The notes: generated by a model from the sequence alone, not told the origin. A stretch of DNA of 64,000 bases from an uncultured Chloracidobacterium sp. (GCA_964605905.1 CAZSEL010000011.1:36019-100018), one strand, 5' to 3'. Numbered from the stretch's first letter, positions 1-9,574 are shown. Numbers and translations: made by a program.

Positions 1-1532
1 TCGGCTTGTTGTGGCTGGTGAATGGCGGTTGGGTTTTGGGAAAAATGAATACTGGCTGCGGTTCCGGGTGCTATGTTCAGTCCACAACGGCCGCAGAAGC
101 GTGCGTTCATCGCGAGCGGCGTCGCGCATCGCGGACATGGGAACGAATTCGGCACATCGCCCGGCGAAACAAGCACGAACGAACGGTTACCGCAGCGTCC
201 GCAGAATTTCGCGCCCTCGGCGAACCTCGAACTGCAATTCGTGCAGGCCACGATGCCCGGCATCATACTCGAACCGTGGCCGCTGCTGCCGGTTCCCTGT
301 GATGGCGAAGGCTGGCTGCCGGTTTCGTTTACCGCGCGGAGCTGAGCCTGAATAACTTGTTCGTTCGCACCCTCGCGGACCTCGATCACGCGTTCGTCAT
401 CGCGTTCGCCGGGTTTGGAAACGCGTAAGATGTGCTGTCCGGCGGGCACATCGCTCAAAACAACGCGGCCCGAACGCCCGATACTTCCCTTCCGCTCGTC
501 GTTTACATAAACCTCGGCTCCCGCTGGGGCGAGCACGACCAAACGGGAAGTTCCCGCGCGTTTGCTTTCGTCCACATCGGCGGCCGCTTCCTCCAGATCC
601 TCGATCCATTCGGCGACGGTGGAATGCCTTTCGGACGCCTCGATCTCCAAAGACTTCATTATCACCCGCTCAACGTCGAGCGGAATGTCCGTCCTGATCG
701 TCGAGAGCGGCGCGGGCTTGTGCATTATCTTTTGCATCACAAGCTGCATCATGTCACCCGCAAAAGGCGTCTTTCCGCCGAGCATCAGGTAGGCGATCGT
801 GCTGAGTGCATAGATGTCGGCACGGACATCGACGCCGACCTCGGGTTGCATCTGTTCCGGGGACATGAATTCCGGCGTCCCAATAATTCCCCGCGAAGAC
901 GGCGTGGCGTTCGAGCTGATGTCGGTGACAGTTTGGCTGACAATTTTGGCCAGCCCGAAGTCGCCAACCTTAATAAAACCGTCGCCTTTGCCTTTTTGGA
1001 GGATAAAAATATTCGCGGGTTTCAGATCGCGGTGGAGAATGCCGATCTCGTGGGCGGCATCGATACCGTCGGCGATCTGCCGCAATAATCTAACGGCGCG
1101 TTTTACGGGCAAAGTTCCTTCCCGCCTTAGCAAACGGTGCAGCGTTTCGCCTTCGACGTATTCCATCACGAGAAAAAACACGCCGTCGCCCGATTCGCCA
1201 AAGTCCGTGACGCTCACCGTGTTCGGATGCTGGATCGAAGCGGCCGCCTGTGCCTCGCGTTCGAACCGAGCAATCGCCTCGCCTTCCTCAAGATTGTCGC
1301 TGCTGAGAATATCCTGCCGTACGGTCTTTACCGCGACCTTTCTTGCGGCGAATTTATTGTCGTTTGCGAGATAAACCTGGCCCATCGCGCCTTTTCCCAA
1401 GCGGCTAACGAGCAGATAACGCCCCGCGAGCAGTTGCGGGCCGGGCTGGGAAAACCGCGTCGGCGAACTATCAACCGGACAGACAGGTATCTCGTCCGGG
1501 TAACAGGCCTCGCATTTTGGACATTCCTTCAT
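1..1532 (-). CDS. Ser/Thr protein kinase with N-terminal zinc ribbon, PEGA-like region and C-terminal zinc ribbons; C-terminus runs off the window
   Basis: Own minus-strand translation from ATG at 1532-1530. No stop lies in the window, so it is absent from the ORF track. Motifs: MKECPKCEACY, GKGAMGQVY, AVK, HRDLKPANIF, DFGLAK, GTPEFMSPE, VYVNDERKG, CTNC..CGRC, CPRC..CGRC. Confidence 0.9.
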   Translation of the reverse strand, partial: MKECPKCEACYPDEIPVCPVDSSPTRFSQPGPQLLAGRYLLVSRLGKGAMGQVYLANDNKFAARKVAVKTVRQDILSSDNLEEGEAIARFEREAQAAASIQHPNTVSVTDFGESGDGVFFLVMEYVEGETLHRLLRREGTLPVKRAVRLLRQIADGIDAAHEIGILHRDLKPANIFILQKGKGDGFIKVGDFGLAKIVSQTVTDISSNATPSSRGIIGTPEFMSPEQMQPEVGVDVRADIYALSTIAYLMLGGKTPFAGDMMQLVMQKIMHKPAPLSTIRTDIPLDVERVIMKSLEIEASERHSTVAEWIEDLEEAAADVDESKRAGTSRLVVLAPAGAEVYVNDERKGSIGRSGRVVLSDVPAGQHILRVSKPGERDDERVIEVREGANEQVIQAQLRAVNETGSQPSPSQGTGSSGHGSSMMPGIVACTNCSSRFAEGAKFCGRCGNRSFVLVSPGDVPNSFPCPRCATPLAMNARFCGRCGLNIAPGTAASIHFSQNPTAIHQPQQA

Positions 1533-1680
1533 TCGCGGTTGCGGACGCTTAATTCGTAATTGCGGAAGTCGCGTTCGTGTAATGATACGGGAATTTCCGG
1601 ATTATTTGAACCCGATCCGCTCGGTTTAGCGGTCCGCTTTACACTGCGGACACGCGGTTGCTATAATCGGCAAGTCAAAT

Positions 1681-1756
1681 GGGTCGATAGCTCAGTCGGT
1701 AGAGCAACGGACTCTTAATCCGTGGGTCGCAGGTTCGATCCCTGCTCGGCCTACCA
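1681..1756 (+). tRNA. tRNA-Lys (anticodon CTT), CCA encoded
   Basis: Cloverleaf by eye: acceptor GGGTCGA/TCGGCCT (two G-U pairs), D arm GCTC-AGTCGGTA-GAGC, anticodon stem ACGGA/TCCGT with loop CT-CTT-AA, T arm GCAGG-TTCGATC-CCTGC. Confidence 0.9.
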
Positions 1757-1766
1757 TTTTGAAAAA

Positions 1767-1842
1767 GGATGAAGGCGGAAGGATAAAGAATAAAGTGCGG
1801 GAAACGCACTTTGTTTGGGGCCTTCCGCCTTTCTCTTTTTTT
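1767..1842 (+). terminator. Hairpin plus T-run after tRNA-Lys; member of the GGATGAAGGCGGAAGG repeat family
   Basis: Left arm AGGATGAAGGCGGAAGGATAAAG pairs with GGGGCCTTCCGCCTTTCTC and is followed by TTTTTTT. The same word set recurs at 56030-56098. Confidence 0.6.
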
Positions 1843-1927
1843 CGTGAAAGTTCATGAAAATGAGTGATTTCCGCCAGTTTCCTAACAATTTCGCCCCAAA
1901 ACTGCATTAAAACCCGCTAAATAACTT

Positions 1928-2075
1928 CTATTTCACCCGAAATACTCTCTATTTCACCCGGCGGAGACTTCCAGCCGACCGGCGGAGACTTCCAGCCGAC
2001 CGGTGGAGACTTCCAGTCGACCGGCGGAGACTTCCAGCCGGTTGGCGGGGACTTCCAGCCACCCGGCTGGCTCAT
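1928..2075. repeat. Tandem array with 21-nt period (about 5 good units TTCCAGCCGACCGGCGGAGAC, preceded by 2 units CTATTTCACCCG..)
   Basis: Direct reading: units at 1971, 1992, 2013, 2034 and 2055. No unique spacers between units. Confidence 0.85.
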
Positions 2076-2101
2076 TCTGCCGACCGGGATATTCTCCCGG
2101 A

Positions 2102-2180
2102 GTCAGTACCGCCTGTGTTAGCAGGTGGCATGGTCTCACCCGCCGCTCCGTGTCACCCGCTCACACGGGCGGTACCGACC
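2102..2180. repeat. REPIN-like inverted pair of the 28-nt GTCAGTACCGCC-TGCGTAAGCA-GGTGGC family
   Basis: 2102-2129 GTCAGTACCGCCTGTGTTAGCAGGTGGC. 2153-2180 is a diverged reverse complement. The spacer is 23 nt. Confidence 0.8.
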
Positions 2181-2195
2181 TGTCCGCTGCTTTTA

Positions 2196-2234
2196 GAAAC
2201 GGCGGCAGGGGACAAGAGTGTCCCCGTTCCTTTT
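2196..2234. repeat. 39-nt GGGGACA-N4-TGTCCCC hairpin element (second copy sits inside argS)
   Basis: GAAACGGCGGCAGGGGACAAGAGTGTCCCCGTTCCTTTT versus 19868-19906 CAAACAGCGACTGGGGACAAAAGTGTCCCACCTCCTTTC. It overlaps the stop codon of the next gene. Confidence 0.75.
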
Positions 2235-3879
2235 AAACCTTGTCGCGCCAGCGTAAAACTTCATCTCGCAGGAGCGGATTTTGTTGAAAACTGGCGGTGT
2301 GTCCCTGTGCTTTGGTGGCGCGTTGGATGTGCCAGTAGCTTAAACCCAGTTTCGAGACGGCGCGGGTGTAGCGGTATCGGGCCATCATCTTTCCGCTGAA
2401 CAAACCGCCCCAGATCCAGAACATGGACGTGAAAAACGTGCAGGTACGCGCCAGATCCTCTTTGGTGAGCAGTCCGCGGGCGATGTCGATGGCGAGCATA
2501 TCGTCGAGAATGCGCCGCTGCCGCCGCATTACCCAGAACGCGAACCCGACGAACAGCAAAAACAGCGGAATTTCAAACACAAGATACACCGTGAAAAATC
2601 CGCACAGCCCGATATATTCGCCGCCAAGCCCGACGCCTTCGCACACCGGGGAAAATCCCATTCTCACGATCAGGAGGGTTACTATTATCGCCATCCCGTT
2701 CCATATCGCGTGCAGGATCACGGCTAAAATATACCCGAGAACAGGCGCCGCGATCTTGACGAACATGTTGTGCGACTCGCGTGAAATGCCGCAGCCGATG
2801 CCGATCATCGCCGTAAACGTGACGTGTGCCCACGGCGACAGTATTCCACGCAACGCGAACAGAAACAGAAAGCTCATCGCCGCGGACGAGGTCAATCCGT
2901 ACTCGGTGATCGCATTATCGATCCCGCGACCGTAGTAAAGCACGTTCTCGACCGTAGCAAACCCGAGTGCGACGATCCCTCCGAAGACGATTCCGTCCAA
3001 AATATCATCGAAATACTTTCTGAATAGGACGAGGATAATTAAAAGACCGATTCCTTTGGAGGCTTCCTCGACGATCGGTGCCGAGATCACAGCGGACGCG
3101 ATGTCCGCCAACTCGGGCACACCCGTTCCCGCATACACGACGACCCCAAACAAAGTATTTAAGATGATAGAAACCAGGACCGCAACCACCGCTCCCCAGC
3201 AGAAGACCAAAGCGATCAGCCACGGCGGCTCCGGATCAAAACGGTCAAGCCAAATCAAAGGGAATGCATAAACCACCGCCGGCGTAAACGCAAAAAACGT
3301 CGCGGCGATAGCGGCCTCCGGCCCGACGCTCAATCCTATGATCGTCATTACGAAGATCGCCAGCGGGATTATCACCACAAACGCCAGCGTGACGAGTATC
3401 ACCGGCCAGACGCTCTTCGGCGGCGCCGGCGGCGCGACCTCTATCTGCCCGAGACCGATGTTCGTAAGTGAGTTTTGAAAGCCCGTCGGAGCGCTGTCGG
3501 CCGCTACCTGAAAATTTTGAAGCTGCTCGGCCCGGAAATCTGCGTTCGCCGTCGGGACGGAAACCTCCGTCGCGTGGTCGATCCAAACAGTCGTCGTAAC
3601 GCCGTTGCGCCCGAACTGGATAATGTCGCCTGAGTGAAGCTGGGAAACGTCCACGCGATTCCCGTTAACAAGCGTGCCGTTCGTGCTGTTGTTATCCGTG
3701 ATGTAATAACCGTCCGCCTTTGCCTCGATAAACGCATGCTGCTTGGACGCGATCCGCTCGCCCGCGGGATCGAACCGCACACTGCAAGTTTCGCCGCGCC
3801 CGACCCAGAGAAATCCCGTTTCCAAGTCAAATACACGTCCCGCCAGCGTGCCGTCGTTCACCGTAAGCCGCAATTTCAT
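2233..3879 (-). CDS. FHA domain fused to a PrsW-family intramembrane protease
   Basis: 548-aa ORF. N-terminal FHA motifs GRGETCSVRF, SKQHAFIE, STNGTLVNG. Then multiple TM segments with PrsW-type EEASKG and HAIWNG motifs. Confidence 0.85.
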   Translation of the reverse strand: MKLRLTVNDGTLAGRVFDLETGFLWVGRGETCSVRFDPAGERIASKQHAFIEAKADGYYITDNNSTNGTLVNGNRVDVSQLHSGDIIQFGRNGVTTTVWIDHATEVSVPTANADFRAEQLQNFQVAADSAPTGFQNSLTNIGLGQIEVAPPAPPKSVWPVILVTLAFVVIIPLAIFVMTIIGLSVGPEAAIAATFFAFTPAVVYAFPLIWLDRFDPEPPWLIALVFCWGAVVAVLVSIILNTLFGVVVYAGTGVPELADIASAVISAPIVEEASKGIGLLIILVLFRKYFDDILDGIVFGGIVALGFATVENVLYYGRGIDNAITEYGLTSSAAMSFLFLFALRGILSPWAHVTFTAMIGIGCGISRESHNMFVKIAAPVLGYILAVILHAIWNGMAIIVTLLIVRMGFSPVCEGVGLGGEYIGLCGFFTVYLVFEIPLFLLFVGFAFWVMRRQRRILDDMLAIDIARGLLTKEDLARTCTFFTSMFWIWGGLFSGKMMARYRYTRAVSKLGLSYWHIQRATKAQGHTASFQQNPLLRDEVLRWRDKV

Positions 3880-4006
3880 AAAGCCATAATAGGAACAAAA
3901 AGCCCAAAGTCAAACACGGCGTTCAACTCTGGGCATTTTTATATATTTTTACCGTGGTTTGTTAATCCTGGATCATGCGATAAGAATTTTTATTCTATCT
4001 TTCTTC

Positions 4007-4082
4007 CTTCGCGTTCTTTGCGGCTTTGCGTGAAACTGCTTTATTCACGCAAAGACGCGAAGATCGCAAAGAAATCGCGAAG
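4007..4082. repeat. Long imperfect hairpin built of CGCAAAG/CGCGAAG words
   Basis: CTTCGCGTTCTTTGCGGCTTTGCGTGAA - loop - TCACGCAAAGACGCGAAGATCGCAAAGAAATCGCGAAG. Lies just downstream of the 4136 gene stop. No clear T-run. Confidence 0.7.
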
Positions 4083-4135
4083 ATGAAAATGAACAAAACC
4101 TAAAATAATCATTCCCATGCGTAATCTCCGTGAAA

Positions 4136-6184
4136 TTACTGCGGCTGAACCGACGACGGCGAAGGAACGTCGCCGCTGCCGCCGTAACTGCGAACAACAA
4201 CCGCTCCGTTCGTGCTGTTCAACCTGTACCAATCGTTTGTTCCCGGTCGGAAAACGGCGATATCCGTCTTGCCGTCACCGTCATAATCGGCAGGGATCGG
4301 AACGTCCGTTGCGCTCCCAAAGCTGTAACCAAAATAAGAACTGTTCGCCGGATCCCAAACATGCCAAACGCCTGTTGACGGCCTGAATACCGTGAACTCG
4401 GTGCGTCCGTCGCCGCTGATATCGGTCGCAAGCGGCCTGTCGCCGTTTTGGCCGAATCCAAAGAAAACAAACGCGCCGTCCGAGCTTTTTATAACATACC
4501 AAACACCCGTCGATGGCCGCCAAACCGCAACATCCGATTTGCCGTCGCCGTCATGGTCAAGAGCCATCGGTTTGTCACCGTTCATTCCCCAGCTTAAATA
4601 CGAAATGCCACCGGAACTTTTCAGGATGTACCAAACGCCGGTCGTCGGGCGAAACACCGCAAGATCGGTTTTGCCGTCGCCGTCGTAATCTCCGGTTACG
4701 GGAACATCACCGGCAGCACCGAATTGAACCGCGGGCCGCGATCCGTTTGAGCTCATTACAAACCACCAAGTTCCCGTGCTCGGCCTAAATATGGCGTGGT
4801 CGGATTTCCCGTCGCCGTCGTAATCGGCCGCGACGGGAATATCGTCCGTCTGTCCCCAACTTAACGACGCCGAACCTGCGTCCGAACTGCGTTCGATCGT
4901 CCAATTACCCGATGTCGGCGACCAGGTTGAATAATCGGTCTTTCCATCGCCATCGAAATCGGAAACTTGATTACCAGCAGTTACATCGATGACGTACAGC
5001 CCGGTCGCAAGGTCACCCAGCAAAACTTTATCTTCGCCAAGAAATGGAAAAACTGCCCAGTTGCCGTTGTAACCGGTAATCTGTTGGCCGGAGAGCGCGT
5101 TGACACCGCAGACAATATCGTCCGGATCAAATTTCTTGGTAGATTCCCTGACCGCCTTAAGGTCTTCTTCGGAGAACTGTGCGGGCCATGTATCGTACTG
5201 ACCAACCCGAGATGGCGTACTAGGATTCGAAATATCGAACACTTGCGTGCCGGCCTGATACCACGCTACATAGAGCTTGTTCCCCATGACAACAGGGTTA
5301 TGTGGTGTCACAGCCGTAATGCCAAGATCGCTCATACTGACCCGGTTGACCAGCGTCGCCTGTGCCGGATTCGAAACATCATAGACGCGTATGTCCCCGG
5401 GGTTAGTCGCATCGCTGTCGCCAATCTCTCGTGCGCTATAAAGAAAGTTCCCGTCCTCGCTCGTCCAAGCGGAGTGATTTGCATTCAAACCTATTGCAAC
5501 CGAGCCGAGAAGAGCCGGTGTTTGCGTAGCAAGATTCGACATGTCGTAAATATCCACTCGCGTGCTGGCGGAGAATCCAGACAAGAACAGACGATTGCCC
5601 CGAATATGCATTGCATGAACCCACCCGCCATCGCTGGACAAGAAATTCCACTTAAGAACGGCAGCCGCGGGATTGGTAACATCGATGATCCTAAGATTAC
5701 GATTTCCCGTAGAATTTGAATTTTCCAGAAGATAACGTGAACCGCCCTGGTCGAACACCATCATTTCGTGGATGGTCGGGTACCCACCGCCATTGGCGGC
5801 ATTAACGATTCCAAGGAGTTGAGGACTTGCCGGATTTGTCAGGTCAACTATATGCACGCCGCCTGTGTTGCCGGTCCCGAAATAGCCTCGATTTCCGATC
5901 ACGATCGCTTCAAGAAACTGTAGATTTGCTCCCGGGTTGTACCAGGACGAAAGCACCGGAGCGTCTGGATTCGAGATGTTAAAGATAAAAACGCCACGGC
6001 AGCCATAACTGCCCATCACGGCGATGTTACCGTCGGCGTAGATATCCGAGTATTTTAACTGTGACGTTGTCGCACAGCCCGGATTAATGTTGGCGCGCAG
6101 ACGATAGTTCGTCACCGCAAAGGCGCTTGTGCCGAGGCACACGACGACGATAGAGATCGCGAAAATTGTCCGCAAAAATGTCAT
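4136..6184 (-). CDS. Secreted beta-propeller (LVIVD-like) / FG-GAP (VCBS-type) repeat protein
   Basis: The ORF opens at TTG 6205, but ATG 6184 gives the signal peptide MTFLRTIFAISIVVVCLGTSAFA. The C-terminal half has six DGDGK(T/S)D..FRP..G.W repeats. Confidence 0.75.
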   Translation of the reverse strand: MTFLRTIFAISIVVVCLGTSAFAVTNYRLRANINPGCATTSQLKYSDIYADGNIAVMGSYGCRGVFIFNISNPDAPVLSSWYNPGANLQFLEAIVIGNRGYFGTGNTGGVHIVDLTNPASPQLLGIVNAANGGGYPTIHEMMVFDQGGSRYLLENSNSTGNRNLRIIDVTNPAAAVLKWNFLSSDGGWVHAMHIRGNRLFLSGFSASTRVDIYDMSNLATQTPALLGSVAIGLNANHSAWTSEDGNFLYSAREIGDSDATNPGDIRVYDVSNPAQATLVNRVSMSDLGITAVTPHNPVVMGNKLYVAWYQAGTQVFDISNPSTPSRVGQYDTWPAQFSEEDLKAVRESTKKFDPDDIVCGVNALSGQQITGYNGNWAVFPFLGEDKVLLGDLATGLYVIDVTAGNQVSDFDGDGKTDYSTWSPTSGNWTIERSSDAGSASLSWGQTDDIPVAADYDGDGKSDHAIFRPSTGTWWFVMSSNGSRPAVQFGAAGDVPVTGDYDGDGKTDLAVFRPTTGVWYILKSSGGISYLSWGMNGDKPMALDHDGDGKSDVAVWRPSTGVWYVIKSSDGAFVFFGFGQNGDRPLATDISGDGRTEFTVFRPSTGVWHVWDPANSSYFGYSFGSATDVPIPADYDGDGKTDIAVFRPGTNDWYRLNSTNGAVVVRSYGGSGDVPSPSSVQPQ

Positions 6185-6327
6185 ATTTTTTAGTTTTAGA
6201 AACAATCTTGTTTGGAATCCGCTTGGGCAATAAAATTAGATCGGTTTGCACCGGTCAATTTCGATTTTGGACATTATATATTCGTGAACACCGGTTGTCG
6301 ATTCAGGTCGGCTGAAAATGTGCGATT

Positions 6328-6957
6328 TCAGGACGCCGCACGAGAAGCGTCGCGCATAACTAGATCGAACGTACCCGGATCGACCTTACGGAACCGCCGA
6401 TTGCGATTTAGCGAAACGGCGACCGAAATGGTCGGGTTGTTGCCCTTAAATTCCATTCCACCCGCGACGAGCAGATTGTAAAGCTCGTTTACGTGGAGCG
6501 GCTCACCCGCCTCGCGGAGCAGCAATGTGCAGGCCTGCGTGATCGTGCGGTCGGAAAATCGGTGGCTGATCGGCTCGAAATTTTGCGTGCGTGACGGAAC
6601 CGAGCGGCTCGTGTCCAAATAGGCAACGTTGCCGCCGATCGAACGTTCGCCGATGCGGTTCGCGCTTGTCGGCTGAGGCCGCTTTGTCCGCTTTTTAGCA
6701 ACATCGCGTTCGTATTCGATCCGCTTAACCGGATCGAAATCGACATTCGGTCCACCACGGCTCGAACGCATTGCCACAATAAGCCCGTCGATCGCCGATT
6801 CCGTCTGCGAAGCACTGCTCTCGAGCGCCTGTATCTCACCGCGAAGCCGTTCGGATTCAAACTCAACCTCACGAAGCCGAGCCATCAGACGGCTCTGCGC
6901 ATTGCGCGTTTCCTGAAGGCTTTTCTCAAGCGTTGTGATAAGGGTTGGGTCTAACAT
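6328..6957 (-). CDS. Hypothetical protein: N-terminal coiled coil plus C-terminal winged-helix (HARE-HTH-like) domain
   Basis: 209-aa ORF. Heptad-rich N-terminus. C-terminus reads ITQACTLLLREAGEPLHVNELYNLLVAGG..ISVAVSLNRN.RFRKV. The domain assignment is tentative. Confidence 0.55.
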   Translation of the reverse strand: MLDPTLITTLEKSLQETRNAQSRLMARLREVEFESERLRGEIQALESSASQTESAIDGLIVAMRSSRGGPNVDFDPVKRIEYERDVAKKRTKRPQPTSANRIGERSIGGNVAYLDTSRSVPSRTQNFEPISHRFSDRTITQACTLLLREAGEPLHVNELYNLLVAGGMEFKGNNPTISVAVSLNRNRRFRKVDPGTFDLVMRDASRAAS

Positions 6958-6999
6958 GCAGAAATTACAGTGTTTATGCAGTTCCTAAGAGTTACTTTA

Positions 7000-7090
7000 A
7001 CGCAAAGCCGCAAGGTCGCAAAGATTTAAGATAAGATCTGTTCGATAAGACAAATGAAATCATTACGACTCTGCGACCTGGCGTCTTTGT
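7000..7090. repeat. Second CGCAAAG-word hairpin
   Basis: ACGCAAAGCCGCAAGGTCGCAAAG .. 45-nt loop .. CTCTGCGACCTGGCGTCTTTGT (imperfect complement). Confidence 0.55.
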
Positions 7091-7122
7091 ATTAAAATTC
7101 TTCTTCTTATCAGGAGGCCGGA

Positions 7123-8142
7123 TCAGCTGCTCCGGGCAATGACATAGCCCGGAATCTCATCCAAAGCTTGAAGATACTCGGTTTTGGGCAAAAGTTCAAG
7201 ACTTTTTCTTGCTGTCTCTGCATAAGAATTTGCAGTTGTCTGTGATACTTCTATAGCGCCTGAATCGATCAACCTGGCGTAGATCGTCTCGCGCTGGCCT
7301 TCGCGATAGTTTCCGGCATCCATAATCTCTTCCAGCATCGAGCGAATCGACGCATCACGCTCGCAAAGCAGGATCAACGGAAGCGTCAATTTCCCTTCTA
7401 ACAAATCGGCACCGGCCGCCTTGCCAAGCGTTTGCTGATCGGACGTAAAATCAAGCAGATCGTCAGCAAGTTGGAACGCTATTCCGAGATTCATTCCGTA
7501 ATCACGCAACGCCGCTCGCCGATCAGGATCGGCACTGCCGACGATCGCACCGATCTCGCAACAGCCGGAAAACAGATACGCGGTCTTGCGTTTTAAGATG
7601 TCGAAATACTCGTCGCGGGTTATCTCGGCATTGCCGACGGTCGTGAGCTGAATGATCTCGCCCTCGGTCATTTTGCGGGTCAGCTTTGTAAGGATGTCGA
7701 GAATCGGCAGCGAGCGTTCTTTCAACGACGATTCAAACGCCGACATATAAAGCCAGTCGCCCATCAAAACCGCAGCGTGATTCCCAAATCGCGCATTCAC
7801 CGAAGCCCGGCTGCGCCGCGTGTCCGCATTGTCAATAATGTCGTCATGAACAAGCGTCGCCGTATGGAGCATCTCCATCACGGTCGCGAGCCGGATCACA
7901 TTGTCATCCGAACCGCGTCCGCCAACCGAATAAGCCGCAAGCAGCAACAAAGCCGGCCGCACACGCTTCCCACCCGAAGCCCGCAGATAATCACCCAAAA
8001 ACCCGATCACCTGAATATTCGACGCCGCCTGCCGCTCAAACTCCGCCTCAACCAGCGCCATCTCACGCTTTATCAGGCCGAAGATTCGACGGGAAGTAGA
8101 ATCTGGAAACAATTCTTTTTTTGCCGAAGCGAAGGTCTGCAT
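7123..8142 (-). CDS. Polyprenyl diphosphate synthase (IspB-like, chain length not determinable)
   Basis: Both aspartate-rich motifs are present: LVHDDIIDNADTRR and FQLADDLLD. Confidence 0.9.
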   Translation of the reverse strand: MQTFASAKKELFPDSTSRRIFGLIKREMALVEAEFERQAASNIQVIGFLGDYLRASGGKRVRPALLLLAAYSVGGRGSDDNVIRLATVMEMLHTATLVHDDIIDNADTRRSRASVNARFGNHAAVLMGDWLYMSAFESSLKERSLPILDILTKLTRKMTEGEIIQLTTVGNAEITRDEYFDILKRKTAYLFSGCCEIGAIVGSADPDRRAALRDYGMNLGIAFQLADDLLDFTSDQQTLGKAAGADLLEGKLTLPLILLCERDASIRSMLEEIMDAGNYREGQRETIYARLIDSGAIEVSQTTANSYAETARKSLELLPKTEYLQALDEIPGYVIARSS

Positions 8143-8144
8143 TA

Positions 8145-8678
8145 TTATTTGTTGGGTTCGGAATGAAAGTATTTCATATAGAAAGTTCCATAGATCAGAT
8201 CACTTTGAACATTTCCCCAGAATCTTGAGTCTGATGAATTATCCCGATTATCGCCCATAACAAAATAGCTATTTGGTCCAACGGAGTATGTACCGGGTTT
8301 CAGATTCGCCACATTATTTTCTTGAGCGACGTAATTTTCCTCTAGTAAATTCCCGTCAACATAAACCGCATTATCCCGAACTTCAACAGTTTCGTTTGGC
8401 AATCCTACGACTCGAAAAACGTACCATATCGACTGATCTTTCGGATACTTGAAAACGATTATGTCGCCTCGAACGACCTTGTCTGTTGGAACAGCTATGA
8501 ACCAGTCACCCCGTTCTAACGCAGGCGACATTCCGTCGGTCGGCAACTTGAAAGTTCGAAAACCTGATGTGCAAGCAGTAGAAAGAAAAGCTGTGAGAAC
8601 TACAAGTATTATTAGTTTGAAATTTTGCACCACTCTATTTAAAGACGGTCGAGAAAATCTTCTAAAGTAATCTCGCAA
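8145..8678 (-). CDS. lepB: Signal peptidase I
   Basis: GMSPALERGDWF and GDNRDNSSDSRFWG boxes. The ATG start overlaps hicA by 40 nt; a GTG start about 40 nt downstream is possible. Confidence 0.85.
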   Translation of the reverse strand: MRDYFRRFSRPSLNRVVQNFKLIILVVLTAFLSTACTSGFRTFKLPTDGMSPALERGDWFIAVPTDKVVRGDIIVFKYPKDQSIWYVFRVVGLPNETVEVRDNAVYVDGNLLEENYVAQENNVANLKPGTYSVGPNSYFVMGDNRDNSSDSRFWGNVQSDLIYGTFYMKYFHSEPNK

Positions 8679-8863
8679 TCTTTCAGAATCTTGCGAAACA
8701 ATCCTTTTCCAATGTCTTCGTTTGAATGTACCGGCACAACCGTGGTTCGGCCGTCGCGATCTCTAAGGAAGTGATGACTGCCCTTGATCCGAACCGTTTC
8801 AAATCCAAACTCCGAAAGCACTTTGACGAGACGCTTTCCGCTGACCGAAGGTTCGTTACTCAT
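8639..8863 (-). CDS. hicA: HicA-family mRNA interferase toxin
   Basis: 74 aa with GKRLVKVLSEFGFETVRIKGSHHFL. ATGA overlap with the upstream hicB. Confidence 0.85.
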   Translation of the reverse strand: MSNEPSVSGKRLVKVLSEFGFETVRIKGSHHFLRDRDGRTTVVPVHSNEDIGKGLFRKILKDCEITLEDFLDRL

Positions 8864-9075
8864 ACTTCGACTGAAATTCGTTGCAGGCCGACGAATTTCG
8901 GAATCGGTACATGCGACTCCTCGACCTCAAGACAGAGTTCGATTGCTTCCTTGATTCGAATCATTAACTCGTCAAGTGATCTCGCTTGTGTGTGACACCC
9001 TTGAAGTTCAGGAACCGACGCAACAAAAACGTCGTCTTCATCCTGTTCGATTAAGATATTGAATTCTCGCAGCAT
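8860..9075 (-). CDS. hicB: HicB-family antitoxin (UPF0150-type)
   Basis: 71 aa with FNILIEQDEDDVFVASVPELQGCHTQARSLDEL. Confidence 0.8.
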   Translation of the reverse strand: MLREFNILIEQDEDDVFVASVPELQGCHTQARSLDELMIRIKEAIELCLEVEESHVPIPKFVGLQRISVEV

Positions 9076-9076
9076 C

Positions 9077-9574
9077 TCAATTACTCCTGAAGTTATCGAA
9101 CTGCATATCTATCCCAAAGTCGTTCGCTTTTAGTTTGGCAATGGTGTCTTGCAAAGTGTCGCGGTCTTTGCCGGAAACGCGGACGGTTTCGCCCTGGATC
9201 GAGGCCTGGACTTTCAGTTTGGCGTCTTTGATGTATTTAACGACCTCTTTTGCTTTCTCGATCGGGATTCCCTGTTGCACCTTTACCAACTGGCGAACCG
9301 TTCCGCCAGCAGCGGGTTCGATCGTTTGGTAATCGAGAGCTTTTAGTGAGATTCCGCGTTTGAGCAGTTTGCTCTGCAGGATGTCGTTCATATTGCGGAG
9401 CTTTGTCTCGTCTTCGGCTGAGAGCATCAGGTCCTTTTGCTGCAATTCGACTGTCGACTTGCTGCCCTTGAAATCAAAACGCTGAGAGACCTCTTTTGTA
9501 GTCTGATTTATCGCGTTTGTAACTTCGGCGTAATCCGTCTTGGATACGATATCAAATGAATTTTCTTTAGCCAT
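9077..9574 (-). CDS. yajQ: YajQ-family nucleotide-binding protein
   Basis: MAKENSFDIVSKTDYAEVTNAINQ..RFDFKGS. The internal ATG at 9574 fits the family length. Confidence 0.85.
   Translation of the reverse strand: MAKENSFDIVSKTDYAEVTNAINQTTKEVSQRFDFKGSKSTVELQQKDLMLSAEDETKLRNMNDILQSKLLKRGISLKALDYQTIEPAAGGTVRQLVKVQQGIPIEKAKEVVKYIKDAKLKVQASIQGETVRVSGKDRDTLQDTIAKLKANDFGIDMQFDNFRSN

Noticed and set aside
1928-2075. Possible CRISPR array
   Set aside because: The units are contiguous (21-nt period) with no unique spacers, and no cas genes are in the window.
1681-2232. Integrated element at tRNA-Lys (and at tRNA-Gln, 63516-63590)
   Set aside because: There is no integrase, and I could find no second copy of either tRNA 3' end in the window. 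The downstream genes are ordinary.
1954-2399. ORFs 1954-2139, 2003-2236 and 2115-2399 in the post-tRNA patch
   Set aside because: They are translations of tandem and REP repeats (for example LEVSAGRLEVSAG) with no independent coding evidence.
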